Below are positions 26,185 through 39,085 of a DNA stretch of 64,000 nt, one piece after another (the stretch's first letter is position 1; each line of letters starts with the position of its first letter). Where the stretch lies: the NCBI GenBank assembly GCA_964016885.1, contig CAXHJY010001746.1, forward strand, positions 1-64,000. Direction: 5' to 3'. The translations under genes were made by a program, and so were the position numbers. The notes under the pieces are model-generated. The model was not told the DNA's origin and ran no database searches. It saw nothing but the letters and a program-made list of their open reading frames with translations. The DNA comes from Eledone cirrhosa (Eukaryota).

Positions 26185-26387
26185 ATGGTTCTGGCCCTGA
26201 AAGTGAGCGCCATATTGATCAGGTGCTGCAGGACTACCCCTGGTTCCATGGTATGCTATTGCGGCGAGATGCTGCACAGTTGGTATTGCAGCAGGGTCCA
26301 ATTGGCCATGGAGTATTCCTGGTACGCCAGAGTGAGACACGGAAGGGAGAATATGTCTTGACATTTAACTTCCAGGGAAGAGCTAAG
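26185..26387 (+). CDS. SH2B: SH2B exon E (SH2 N-terminal half)
   Basis: Acceptor ttttcag|. Encodes (D)[67 protein letters not shown], with the FLVRQS motif and SH2B-type sequence. Donor AAG|gtaggt. Confidence 0.96.
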
Positions 26388-26469
26388 GTAGGTTTCCTCC
26401 TCCTCCATCATCATTCTCTCCCTCCTCCTCCTCTTCTTCATCATCATCATTCTCTTCCTCTTTCTCTTC

Positions 26470-27183
26470 ACAGATGTGTCCCCTTTTCTTTGTCTACTTC
26501 ATCCATGTTCCCTTTTCTCTGTCTACTGCAGCTGTTCCCTTTTCTCTGTCTACTTCATCCATGTCCCCTTTTCTCTGTCTACTTCATCCATGTTCCCTTT
26601 TCTCTGTCTACTTCATCCATGTTCCCTTTTCTCTGTCTACTTCATCCATGTCCCCTTTTCTCTGTCTACTTCATCCATGTTCCCTTTTCTCTGTCTACTG
26701 CAGCTGTTCTTTTTTCTCTGTCTACTTCATCCATGTCCCCTTTTCTCTTTCTACTTCATCCATGTCCCCTTTTCTCTTTCTACTTCATCCACATCCCCTT
26801 TTCTCTGTCTACTTCATCCACGTCCCCTTTCCTCTGTCTACTTCAGCTCTGTCCCTTTTCTGTCTTGACTGTCCACCTTTCTCTGTCTACCCCCACTGTC
26901 CCCTTTTCTCTGTCTCAAATGTGTCCCCTTTTCTATGCTTACTTCAACTGTCGTCACCCTTTCTGTCTCGACTGTGTCCCCCTTTTCTCTGTCTCAGCTG
27001 TGTCCCCATTTCTCTGTCTCAGCTCTGTCCCCATTTTTCTGTCTCAGCTGTGTCCCCTTTTCTCTGCTTACTTCAACTGTCGTCACCCTTTCTGTCTCAA
27101 CTGTATCCCCTTTTCTCTGTCTCAGCTGTGTCCCCTTTCCTCCGTCTACTACATCTATCCCCTTTTCTCTGTCTACTCCACAG
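26470..27183 (+). repeat. Pyrimidine-rich minisatellite filling the SH2 intron
   Basis: Recurring tcccttttctctgtctac(t/.)...ca units of about 20-30 bp. Confidence 0.9.
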
Positions 27184-28137
27184 CACCTCCGGATGACAAT
27201 TCAGGATGATGGACAATGCCGAGTACAACATCTTTGGTTTCAGACCATCTTTGACATGTTGGAACACTTCCGCAGCCATCCAATCCCTCTGGAATCTGGT
27301 GGTGCATCGGACGTCACTCTCACCGACTACGTCATCTCGATGGAACGGCCCAGGACACCATCCACCCTTCCAAGGAACTCCCCGCGTCTCATGTCTCACT
27401 CCGGCCGGTCATCGTCCACATCGAATCTTGGTACGAGGAACAATGGCGCGACTTCAGTACAAGCTGGTGTCGCTGTCGTTAATGGGACGAACAGTGGTGG
27501 TGGTGGTGGTGGGGCGGTGGTGGTGGGTAGTAGTAGCAGTGGTGGTGGTGGTGGTATTACTGGGGTGGCGACTAGCATAGTGGTGGCCGGGCCTCAGGGT
27601 GGGGTAAGTAGTAGTAGTATCGGTGTGGTGGGTGGTGGTGGTGGACAGGGGCACCTTGTTGGGGTAATACCAGTCACCCTGGGGGGTGGTGTCGGCGGCG
27701 GTGGTGTTGGGGGTGTGAGCATGGGCAACATAGTACCCGTGGGGGCGGTTGTTGGTGGTGGCATTGGTGGTGTTGTCGCTAGTGCTGTGGTGGGCGGTCT
27801 GTCGGTCGGTGGGGGCGGCGGGGGGGTCGGGGGCGGCGGCGGAGGAGGTGGGATGGTGATAGGTCACATAAACTCGCACCGCGCCGGGATGACCGACAAC
27901 GGCAGGGATGTGATAGTGGTGAGCGGCTCGGTGCGTTCTCGGACGGAGTCGATTGAGAACGTCGTCCGGGAGCAGACCCAGGGGGCAGCGGCGGCAGCAG
28001 CAGCTCAACAACAGCAGCAACAACAACAACAACAGCAGCAGCAACTGTTACAACAACAACAGCAACAACAACAACAGCAGCAACAGCAGCAGCAGTCGCA
28101 TGGGCGGGCTGTCGAGAACCATTACTCCTTTGTCTAA
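27184..28137 (+). CDS. SH2B: SH2B terminal coding exon (SH2 C-half, Gly/Val-rich tract, polyA/polyQ, C-terminal Tyr motif)
   Basis: Acceptor ctccacag|. Starts [40 protein letters not shown], ends [10 protein letters not shown]. The end resembles the APS/Lnk Cbl-binding motif. 954 bp open. Confidence 0.93.
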   Translation, partial: HLRMTIQDDGQCRVQHLWFQTIFDMLEHFRSHPIPLESGGASDVTLTDYVISMERPRTPSTLPRNSPRLMSHSGRSSSTSNLGTRNNGATSVQAGVAVVNGTNSGGGGGGAVVVGSSSSGGGGGITGVATSIVVAGPQGGVSSSSIGVVGGGGGQGHLVGVIPVTLGGGVGGGGVGGVSMGNIVPVGAVVGGGIGGVVASAVVGGLSVGGGGGGVGGGGGGGGMVIGHINSHRAGMTDNGRDVIVVSGSVRSRTESIENVVREQTQGAAAAAAAQQQQQQQQQQQQQLLQQQQQQQQQQQQQQQSHGRAVENHYSFV

Positions 28138-28164
28138 TGGTGTCGTAACAAGAACAATGGTGGT

Positions 28165-28595
28165 TGTGGGGCAGTGTCACTGTCGGTGGCTCAGTGTCAC
28201 CACTGGTAGCTCAGTGCTGTTGTTGGTGGCTCAGTGTTGCCAACGGTGGCTCAGTGTCGTCGGTGGTGGCTCAGTGTCGCCAGTGGTGGATCAGTGTCGC
28301 CAGTGGTGGATCAGTGTCGCCAGCGGTGGCTCAGTGTCGTCAGTGGTGCCTCAGTGTCGCCAACGGTGGCTCAGTGTCGCCAACAGTGGCTCAGTGTCGC
28401 CAACAGTGGCTCAGTGTTGTCAACGGTGACCCAGTGCGGCCAGTAGTGGCTCAGTGTCGCCACTAGTGGCTCAGTGTTGTCATTGATGGCTCAGTGTTGC
28501 CACTGGTGGCTCCGTGTTACCACTGGTGGCACAGTGTTACCACTGGTGGCACAGTGTTACTAATGGTAGCACAGTGCCCCCATTAATGGCACAGT
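28165..28595 (+). repeat. 21-bp minisatellite immediately after the SH2B stop codon
   Basis: About 20 copies of ggtggctcagtgtcgccaaca-like units. Confidence 0.9.
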
Positions 28596-30113
28596 TCTGC
28601 CGCTGCGCTTGGTTGTGTGGTGGTAGATCTTGAGGCCGCGGGTACAGCTTTATATGGCTGGCAACATATACTCTCTCTCAGTGCTTAGGGGTCGAGCAGA
28701 AGTGTTGCTGATGGTGTCGTAACAACAACACCAACAGTGGTGGATCTGGGAACTTTTCAGATGGGGGAGGGGTGAAAGAAAGAAGGTAGGTAGGTACATG
28801 TAAGGTGTATGTAGAGGGAGAACAGGTTTTTGAGCTTAATGTTATAGTAGTATATGACTTTTTACTCTCACTGTGGGGGGGTAGAGTTCTGAGTTCAAAT
28901 CACCCACAAGTCACTTGGTATATCCCCCTTTAAACCCTATTAATCTCTTGGAATAATTCCCCTCCTCCACCCTAATTAGTCTCTGCGTATATATCAGCCC
29001 GCCTCCCCATCGGTCTCTGGGTATACCCCCTCCAATTGGTCTTTTGGTATATATAACCCCTGTTCCCCCATTGGCCTCTAGGTATACGCCCCCCTCTGTC
29101 TTCCAACTAACCACGTTCTACTATATACCTTACTACACACCCCCTATGGTCACCCCATATGTTTATATAATATATACTTTACTACACCCTTCTCCTCTCT
29201 CCGTATGTTTATATAATATATACTCCACTAACCCCTCTCTCTCATCCCCGTGTGTGTATATATAATCTACATTCTATCAACCCCTCTTTCTCGTCTCCAT
29301 GGTTTTAAACAGAACCTGGCAGTGGTGACCTCTCTTGAAATAAAAGCCCTAATTTGAGCTGCTGGTTCATAAGTTAAACATCTTATAAGTTATACATAAG
29401 TTGCTTCAGTCTAGTATATAAGGGGTGGGTTTTAAGAAAAAGCCCCTTAATTTCTAAAGGAGTCTTAAGGGCCACTATTGTGATACATGGAGTGTTTTGG
29501 GTATTTTGAATCTGGCAGAGCCCCTTAATTCCTGAAGGTTTCTTTGGGGCCACTGTCATGACACACTGCGTGTCATGAGTGTTTTGAACCCAGTGCAGCC
29601 CCCTGTCACTCTGGGTCGGATTTCTCGCAGAGAAAGAAAGAAAGCTAGGACGAATCACCCCTAGTAGTTTAAAAGAAAGGGCATTTAACTCCCACTGGAC
29701 CCATTTAAGGGAGAGGCTCATTATCGTGACATATGGTGAGTCTTATGCATTTTAAACCTGGCAGAGTCCATCCCTCCCTGGGGTTGGAACATGGCTGATT
29801 TCTTCCAGAGAGAGAGAAGGAATCAATTCCAGTGCTAAAAAGACTTTTTAACTCTTGAGGGAGTCACAAGGTTTACTATCATTATAGGGTGTGTCTTGGG
29901 CATTTTAAACTTGGCAGAGCCCATCACCTCTCCTTATCTGAAGACAGCTAATTTTATCCAGAGAAAGAGATAGAGGATGAAGAAGGGATAACATTTAAAA
30001 CATAGATACCTTATTAAGGTCATATATATGTATCCTTCACAAAACATGAATACATTTCACCAATAGTAATAATAAATATGAAGACCAAAATCTGAAGAGG
30101 GTTCGATAAGGAT

Positions 30114-30149
<36 letters not shown>

Positions 30150-30153
<4 letters not shown>

Positions 30154-30436
30154 ATGTATAATAGACAATACAGTATAATTACCTCATTACCAGAGGTTTC
30201 CCGAATAAGACGAACACAAGAAACGTCCGCATTCGTTCATCAGACAATGCAAGTAATTGCCTTGTCTGATGAACTAATGTGGACGTTTCTTGTATTCGTC
30301 TTATTCGGGAAACCTCTGGTAATGAGGTAATTATACTGTATGGTTTATTATACATTAAAATATTTAGCTCTGTAACTTACATAGAGCACTCTTCATTCCT
30401 CTGACTTTTTCAATTTTCAATGGAAACTTCAATACT

Positions 30437-30437
<1 letters not shown>
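30150..30437. mobile_element. Fold-back palindromic element 3 (PLE pseudo-LTR-like) in (TA)n
   Basis: 103-bp inverted arms at 30150-30252 and 30257-30359 with about 6 mismatches, a one-sided tail, and (TA)n flanks. Confidence 0.72.
30255..30332 (+). ncRNA. Type-I hammerhead ribozyme (mirror core on - strand at ~30177-30254)
   Basis: aattgccttgt-CTGATGA-stem II (ggacg/cgtct)-GAAA-cc-tct-gg-TA-atgaggtaatt. Stem I has 11 pairs including GU. GUA cleavage after 30321. Confidence 0.75.
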
Positions 30438-30481
<44 letters not shown>

Positions 30482-30609
30482 TTTACCTGTTCCAGCCATC
30501 CGGCTGAGGCCATGTTAAACAGGTAGAGTAAATATTTTTTAGTGTTTCAGAAGATGGTATAATAGGGTGAAAGCAGAAATTCTTTGCTTGAACTTTAATC
30601 TGTACTACT

Positions 30610-30718
<109 letters not shown>

Positions 30719-31748
30719 ATAAAAAATCACTCCCAATACTGAATTGAAATTATATTTAATGTCCTTGAAAATAAATAAAAAGCTAAGTTGACTGTGGTGG
30801 GATTTGAACTCAGAATCTAATGGACCAGAATACTGAGGTATCTAGTCCAGCGTCATAGTGGCTCTGCCAATTCCCAGTTTATATAACAGTTGAATTCCTC
30901 AACAGAAGTTAAAGATATGTTTATGTGTAGTTAACCTTTCATTCTGTCTATATCTTACACCCTTTTTCCTCAACCCAGGGGCTGATTAGGCTTACATGGG
31001 GCTGGACCCTGGCTAAAATTTCCATTTTAGTCTTTAAACATTGTGTCGGTCTTCCTTGAAAATTTTACCGAGGCTCATTAAATATTGTGACCCCTGCTTA
31101 GAAGGGGCCCTTCATGAAATTTTTATCTGAGCTTTTTAAATATGTTAGGGTGGTCGGGTGGGGTCAGAGCAATAATACTAATGTTAGGGTGGTGGTTGTG
31201 GTGGGGGTCGTAGAAATATTACTATTAGGGTGGTGGTGGGGTTGTAGCAATAATAGTAATGTTAGGGTGGTGGTGGTGGGGGGGTCATAGCAATAGTAAT
31301 GTTAGGGTGATGAGGGGATTGTATCAATAATACTAATGTTAGGGTGGTGGTGGGGTCGTAATGTAAGGTGCAAAGTTTAGGGGCTACTCCCCGCCATGTG
31401 TTTCATATCTCTTCTAACTCCTTGTCAACCCTCGACTAAGCCAAGGGCCATCATTACTTGTTACCTCGTCAGTTGTTTCTGTTACATATTGCTGTTGTTG
31501 TTGGTGGTGACTGGTTTACTGCGGGGGTGGGTAGGGTGGGGTTGGTGTGGGGGAGGGCAGTGCAGTACCTTTTTTTTTTTCTTTCTACAACTTCACTCTA
31601 TAGGGAAGCTGTATTGGCCTAGTGGTAAGGGTATTGAACCCACGACCCTAAGGTCATGGGTTCAATACCTGGACCGGGCAGCCTGCTGTATTCTTGAGCA
31701 AGACTTCATTTCATGCTGCTTTTCACAATAAGACTGGGTCCCCTGTCA

Positions 31749-32174
31749 TTAACCCTTTAGCATTTACATTACTCTATATTTACTATTTATTTTCATGGTA
31801 AAGGCTTTACATCACATAATATCTCACATAATATCAAATCTATGAGATTTTGATATTTATTTTGAGAACAATACTTTAACATCAGTATGAGTGGCCAGTT
31901 AGAGCCGGTTTGAATAGAAAGAGGTGAGAGAATTCTGGCCGGATACAGGTGGTTTAAATGCTAAAGGGTTAGCCCTTTAGCATTTACATTACTCTATATT
32001 TACTATTATATTTTCAGGGTAAAGGCTTTACTTCACATAATATCGAATCTATGAGATTTTGATATTATTTATTTTTAGAACACTACCTTCACATAAGTAT
32101 GAGTGGCCAGTTATGACCAGTTTGAAGAGAAAGAGGTGAAAGAATTCTGGCCAGTTTAAACGCTAAAGGGTTAA
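31749..32174 (+). mobile_element. Tandem pair of piggyBac-type MITEs (other copies at 34126-34555, ~23530-23684, ~9975-10108)
   Basis: TTAA|CCCTTTAGCATTTA...TAAATGCTAAAGGG|TTAG|CCCTTTAGCATTTA...GCTAAAGGG|TTAA. 14-bp TIRs with CCC/GGG ends and TTAA target sites. Confidence 0.75.
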
Positions 32175-33311
32175 ATCATCCAAGAAACTCCTATGAAATA
32201 TAACTTCATAGGGGACCCAGCTCAACCTACATAGGTGTCCCAGCTCAACCTACATAGGTGTCAGCTGTAACAACATGATAGGACCAGAATGGAGATCGCT
32301 ATATATTGCTGCTGGTGGTGGTGGTGGTGGTGACTGGTTTATGGGGCTGGGTTAAGGTTACTGTTCTGTGCAGGGTGTGTGGTACAGTCCTTTTTTTTTT
32401 TTTTTTACCATTTTGCTCCTATTGGTTCACACACACACACTATTACTACTACTATTACTACAACTACTGTTGCTGCTGCTACTACTACTATTACTACTAC
32501 TATTACTACTACTACTACCTCTTATGGGTACTTATTTGGTGGGGTGGTGTTGTGTTTTTTTGTTCTATTCAGGATAATGTGAGGTGGAAGTTTTGGGGGG
32601 GAGGGGTTCTACTGCTGTGACCACCACTTATTATTAAACCCTTATCTCTAAAATCTCCCTATTGCCACCATGTTGGCTGGTGGGCCCCAAACAACCAAAC
32701 CCTCCATAGGATTAACGGTGGGGATGCTGCATTTTTTTTCATTTTTTTTTCTACTTTTTAAAAAATATCTATAAGCTAACCCACCCCTTTTCTAGTCAAC
32801 CTAACCCTTTTTGTTAAATGTTGACCACTTCCACTGCTTCTGTTTAAGTTTTACTTTTAAGGCTAAGGGGTCGGGATAGGGTTCTAGGTGTGGAGGGGTG
32901 GTCTTTTACAATCACTCCCTATTTTACCCCCCTCTCTCTTCTACCCCCTCCCTATACCCCTTGTCCTGCCCTATTGTTGTCTCTGTTGAGGGGGGGGGGG
33001 TCCTTGGGGAGTTTAAGGGATCATTTAAGGATCTACTTTCTATGTTTACAGTTTTACACCCTTATTTTTTAAAATTCTTTTTACTTTTTTCTCCTCTGAA
33101 ACTTTTATGTATGTGTGTGTGTATATGTATATATATATACACACACACATGTGTGTATTTATATATGAATACACACATGTTTGTGTCTATATATATGTAT
33201 GTATTATATATATTTGTACATATATTATATATGCATATGTTTGTGTAGGTATGCGTGTGTGTATATATATATATATATATATGCATGCATGTGTGTGAAT
33301 GTACATATATA

Positions 33312-33354
<43 letters not shown>

Positions 33355-35024
33355 ATATATATATATATTTGTATATACACATATATACATATATATATAC
33401 ATATATATATATATACACATACATATATATATACATATATATATGAATATATATATGTATATATGTATATATGTATATGTGTATATATGTATATATATAT
33501 ATATGTATATATGTATATATATATATATACATATATCTGTAAGAGATGACCAGTTAAGGCTCTGTCCTACCTCTAGTCTTTCTTCAATTTCTTTCATTCG
33601 TTCTTCCATGAAGAATCTTTATTCCTTCTCCTCTCCTCTCATGTCTACCCACCTCTATTGTTTCTCTCCAACAAAGGTATTGCTGCATCTTTTTGTTGCA
33701 GTTGCATGAGTTTCTTGCACCTCACTGTGGCAGCTGTGGCCATGTAGGAGCTGCTGTTTTACACTTAAACCGTGGCTCTGTTTAACCTTTAACATGCTGT
33801 CAGTGACAGGAGAGTAACCTCCCCTTAATACATAATGTTGTATCAAGGAAAGTGATTCAAAAGAAAAATTATGCATGCTGAACGTTAATAACCCAGCCAC
33901 CTGGTCCTTGGGCGCTTTATAAGTGTCCTTTCTCTGTTGCGAGCATTCAGGTGAGGCCTTTGGCATAAGAACAAAAAGTCCCCTGATCCCTTTTTGCCAG
34001 TCTTGGATGGCCTGGAAAATATAAATCCTAAACTTTGATGACTTATGTGTATGTTAGAAATGATTATTAATTCTGGTTGTTACTATTGTTAAAAGTGGTG
34101 GATGGACACGAGCATGGTTGTTGAATTAACTCTTTAGTATTTACATTACTCTATATTTACTATAATATAATCATGGTAAAGGTTTTACTTCACATAATTA
34201 TCTCACATGATATCGAATCTATGAGATTTTGATATTTGTTTTGAGAATAATAACTTAACATAAGTATGATTGGCCGATTACGACCGTTTTGTGCAGAAAG
34301 AGGTGAGAAAATTCTGGCCGGTTATGTCCGGTTTTATCCTTTAGCATTTACATTATTCTATATATTATATATACTATTGTATTTTCACGGTAAAGGCTTT
34401 ACCTTTCATAATTATCTCACATAATATCGAATCTATGAGATATTGATGTTATTTATTTTAAGAACAATATCTTAATGATGGTATGAGCAGCCAGTTTGAA
34501 CAGAGAGGTGAGAGAATTCTGGCCAGATATGGCTAGTTTAAATACTAAAGGGTTAGATATACTTAACAGTATTATGTGTGAACAGTAATTGAAATATATA
34601 CCAGTCATGTAATGGTGTGAAGTCAATTGACTACAGCCTCTCTACAAATCTCTGGTTTTGTGCCAATGTGAAAATAAAATGATGTTATTGCTGCTGCTGC
34701 TACTGGCAAGTAAAATATTTATATTAACCTGTTTTGCTGACTGAATCTTTCCTTGCCATTCCCTCCTCCTCATCTAAACATCTTCAAGGTTTAACTCTTA
34801 ACATCCTGTACCCCATAAAACCACATTAGCAAGACATTCTTGAAAAATATTAAACAACTCTGACTGCATCGCATTTGAAATTAAATATTCTTCTTCTTCT
34901 CAGTCTGTGTTCAAATCCTGTCAAGGTTAACTTTGCCTTTCATCCAAATAAAGTACCAGTAATGCACTGGAATAATTGCTGGCCTTGTGCTAATAGTAAA
35001 AACAATTATTATTCCCCTTATTCC

Positions 35025-35330
35025 TGAGAGGGCCGTGGGGTCAGAGTCCTGAACACTCCCTCCAGCAGGTTCTGTCAGTAGCAACCATCTCCAACTGATC
35101 CAGCTGGATCCCCAAGTGAGACCAATCAAGCTCATGGATGTTATCCAACCATCTTGCTCAGGGTCTACCCCTGGGTCTCCTACCAGTTGGTTTTGCCTGT
35201 AAAAATCTGTCCAGTGATTCTTTCCTGAGACATTCTAACCACATGTCCATAGTATCAGAGCTGTGATCTCTCATTTCAGAGAAGTAGCAGCTCTACCTGG
35301 AGTGACTCTCTCATCTCTCAGCTATTCACA
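35025..35330 (-). mobile_element. Decayed RTE LINE 3' fragment
   Basis: Minus strand ERSQL*YYGHVVRMSQER, followed by a degraded GRRPRGRP-like segment. Confidence 0.6.
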
Positions 35331-35615
35331 CTATCATCTTTACTTTAATACTTTTTTCACAACCATCTGACCACAAGTAAAGATACTGTGAACATTTGAA
35401 TTAATAAACCTATCATTACAGGATGCTAAGAGTTAATATCTAAATTAAAACAAACCTTGTTACTGCTGTCAGTAGTGAAGGCTTTGACTTAGTGGTTATG
35501 TGATAACATGAGTTCAATTTCTGGACTGGCAGTGTATTGTGTTCTTGAACAAGAGACTTCATTTCATGATGACTGCAGTTCTATCAGCTGTAAAAATAAT
35601 TAGTACCAAAAATAG

Positions 35616-35785
35616 ATGGGAGTGTTAACCTCTGTAATGGGAGTGTTAACCTCTGTAATGGGAGTGTTAAACCCTGTAATGGGAGTGTTAACCTCTGTAA
35701 TGGGAGTGTTAAACCCTGTAATGGGAGTGTTAAACCCTGTAATGGGAGTGTTAAACCCTGTAATGGGAGTGTTAACCCCTGTAAT
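35616..35785 (+). repeat. 21-bp minisatellite, 8 copies
   Basis: Unit atgggagtgttaa(a/c)c(c/t)ctgta-like. Confidence 0.9.
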
Positions 35786-37529
35786 GCGCTGGTGTCCAAT
35801 TCAGTTCAGTTAAAGAGGCGAGCTTTCATGATAGGGTTGGAGCCCCTACCATTAAAACACGAGAACCCTCCTATGAGATACAACCTTGTAGGAGGCCAGC
35901 TAACCTTACATAGGTGTGAGCTGTAACAACAACATGAAAGAACTCCCCCCCCCCCCCTATCATTAAAATACCCAAGAACCATCCTATGTGATTCAACCTT
36001 GTAGAAGGTTAACTAAACCTACATAGGTGTGAGTTGTAATAACATGATAAAAGTGGGGCCCCTTTTAAAACACCTGAGAAACCTCCTATAAAATACAACC
36101 CCATAGGAGACGAACTACGCCTACAGAGGTGTGAGCTGTAACAACATCAACTATCACTACCTCCATTATTTTCTAAGGTTAACTTAGCCTTTCATCCTTA
36201 CGGGGGTTGATAAAATAAAGTACCAATAACGTACTGGGGTCGATTTAATCGACTTTCCCTCCCCAAAATTGTTGGCCTTGTGCCTAAATCAGAGACCATT
36301 ATTTTCTAGGGTTATTTTCATTGTTAAAATGTTTAAGTGGCTAAGGCAGCCCTTCTAAGTTCTATTACCTGGTGGTATTTTTGTTTCCTCGAGGTCACAT
36401 ATTTTATTTTTAATTTTTTTGTTACTCTCAGATTTTATTAAGCTCTGTTGAAATAAGGCACCACTATCCCTCATACATAAAATGTTACCTGTGATAGACT
36501 ATCATTCTTTCCATGGGTAGGTTTATCTCTCATCTGCTCAGTACTACAGAAACAGCCGTTGAGAGCATTAACCCTAATGGCACAAGATACCTTCTGTTCC
36601 CAGCGAAGTATAGCGAAGGGGCCAACATTAAAATAGCCATTCCAAATGGCGGGGGTTAGTCCTGCTGGTGGCCATTTCTGGGGTCAGTTGTTGATATTAA
36701 CTCACCCGAAATTATCTCTGGTTCTATGAAACAAAACAACCCATTTTAGAGGGTTCCTATTTAAATTAATCCCCTTAAGGGCTGTTTCGTTTAATTTATG
36801 ATAGGGTTGGCTTCATTAATGGCCCTTTCTTGTATATTATGATAGGGTTCATATCTTTCATGTCCCCTTTTTGTATGTTATGAAAGGGTTCACATTAATG
36901 TCCCCTTCTTGTATATTATGATAGGGTTCACATCTGAAATGTCCCCTTCTTGTATGTTATGAAAGGGTTCACATCTGAAATGTCCCCTTGTATGTTATGA
37001 AAGGGTTCACATCTTTAATGTTCCCTTGTATGTTATGAAAGGGTTCACGCCATTAATGTCCCCTTTTTTGTTTGTTTTATATATTCTTTATTTTATGTAC
37101 AATGTGTTGTTGTCCATTTCCAATCATTCTTAAATTCTTCGTCCATACTTTCCTTGTCACCCCACCCCCTTACCGTACCCTGTTTTTGCTGCTGATCCTC
37201 CCTCCCTCCAGCCCTTGCCTGCCAATGTTCTCCCCCCAACACTCGGGCTCTACCTTGCTGATACTGGCCTTTCCCTGCCGAGTCTCTTCCCTTGCTGATA
37301 CTCTGCCCTTAGTCCTTCCCTGCTGATCCTGTCTTCACAAAAGACCCTTCCTTACTTTATATCAATGCAGTCTTCCACCTCTTCTTCTTCTTTGAAGAAA
37401 TTGTTAATCAAATATTATTCCCCGAACCTTTTTTTCTTCCTCATCTTTTAAATATAAAAATCATCTGATGCTTCCGATTGTAGTTATTTGTGAATCATAG
37501 CCAACACAGCTTGTCATTGTCTGACCAGC

Positions 37530-38050
37530 ACATCTGATTGTCTTGTGTCTGGTCAACACATCTGGATCTCTTGTGTCTGGTCAACACATCTGGTTGTCTT
37601 GTGTCTGGTCAACACATCTGGATCTCTTGTGTCTGGTCAACACATCTGTTATGTCTGGTCAACACATCTGTTATGTCTGCTCAACACATCTGTTATGTCT
37701 GCTCAACACATCTGTTATGTCTGCTCAACACATCTGTTATGTCTGCTCAACACATTTGTTATGTCTGCTCAACACATTTGTTATGTCTGCTCAACACATT
37801 TGTTATGTCTGCTCAACACATTTGTTATGTCTGCTCAACACATTTGTTATGTCTGCTCAACACATTTGTTATGTCTGCTCAACACATTTGTTATGTCTGC
37901 TCAACACATTTGTTATGTCTGCTCAACACATTTGTTATGTCTGCTCAACACATTTGTTATGTCTGCTCAACACATCTGTTATGTCTGATCAACACATCTG
38001 TTTGATGTCCGATCAACTCACCTTTAAAGTGTCTGATCAACACATCTGTT
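37530..38050 (+). repeat. 22-bp minisatellite
   Basis: Unit tcaacacatttgttatgtctgc. Confidence 0.92.
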
Positions 38051-38883
38051 GTGTTTTCAATCAATATTTAGTTGTCTGTTATCAGTTCTATTAAACACAA
38101 ACCCACAGTTATTACATCTCCGGCCAAAGGTTTCATCTTCTTCCATAGATATTATATTTTTCACCATTTACAAGGAATCATTTCTGTTATTGTTCATTTT
38201 TGTTCATGTTGAGGTTAGAGTTTAAACTTTATTTTTATTATCATCATTATTATTATTATTATTATAAAATACCAGTAATGCACTGGGTTTGATTTAATCG
38301 ACTTTCCCTTCCCCTAAAATTGTTGGCCTGAATCAGAAACCATTATTCGATAAAATAAAGTACCAGTAATACACTGGAGTTGATAAAATAAAATACCAGT
38401 AATGCACTGGGGTTGATTTAATGCCTAAATCAAAAACCATCATCATCATCATCATCAGTATTAATTTTTGCCTTTAAATTGTTACTCATTGCCTTCAAAT
38501 CATGCTTGCTCTCACTCCAGGCACCAACCCTCCACCCAGACTGCGTTTCAGAAGCCGCTCTCCCTCCTACTTCAACCATACCACCCTCTCTCTCACAGCC
38601 CTACCCTCTCTCTCTCTTTCTCTCTCTCTCTCTGTGCCATATCCCCTGGGTCAAGGGTTAATTTGAAAACACTTCTTACAGTTAACTGTTAACTAATTTG
38701 GGTGAGAGGGGTTGGGTTTTTAGGGGCTGGGTGGGGGGTGGGGTTTTTTTTTCTTCTTTTTTTTTCCTTATAGGAATAATCAGTACTTTACTTCGCGTAT
38801 ATGTGTATATATATATATATGTATCTATATATATATATGTACATATGTATCTATATAAATGTATATATATATCTACCTATATA

Positions 38884-38929
<46 letters not shown>

Positions 38930-39040
38930 ACATATACACACACACACACACACTCACTCATATATGTATATGCATGTGTGAATGTGTGTGTATATATATT
39001 TGTAAAATCACACACGTGTGTGTGTGTATATATGTATATA

Positions 39041-39085
<45 letters not shown>

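Noticed and set aside
26223-27209. 328-aa ORF as a real SH2-membrane protein
   Set aside because: A canonical donor at 26387 and acceptor at 27184 rebuild the intact SH2 domain; the read-through is repeat-derived.
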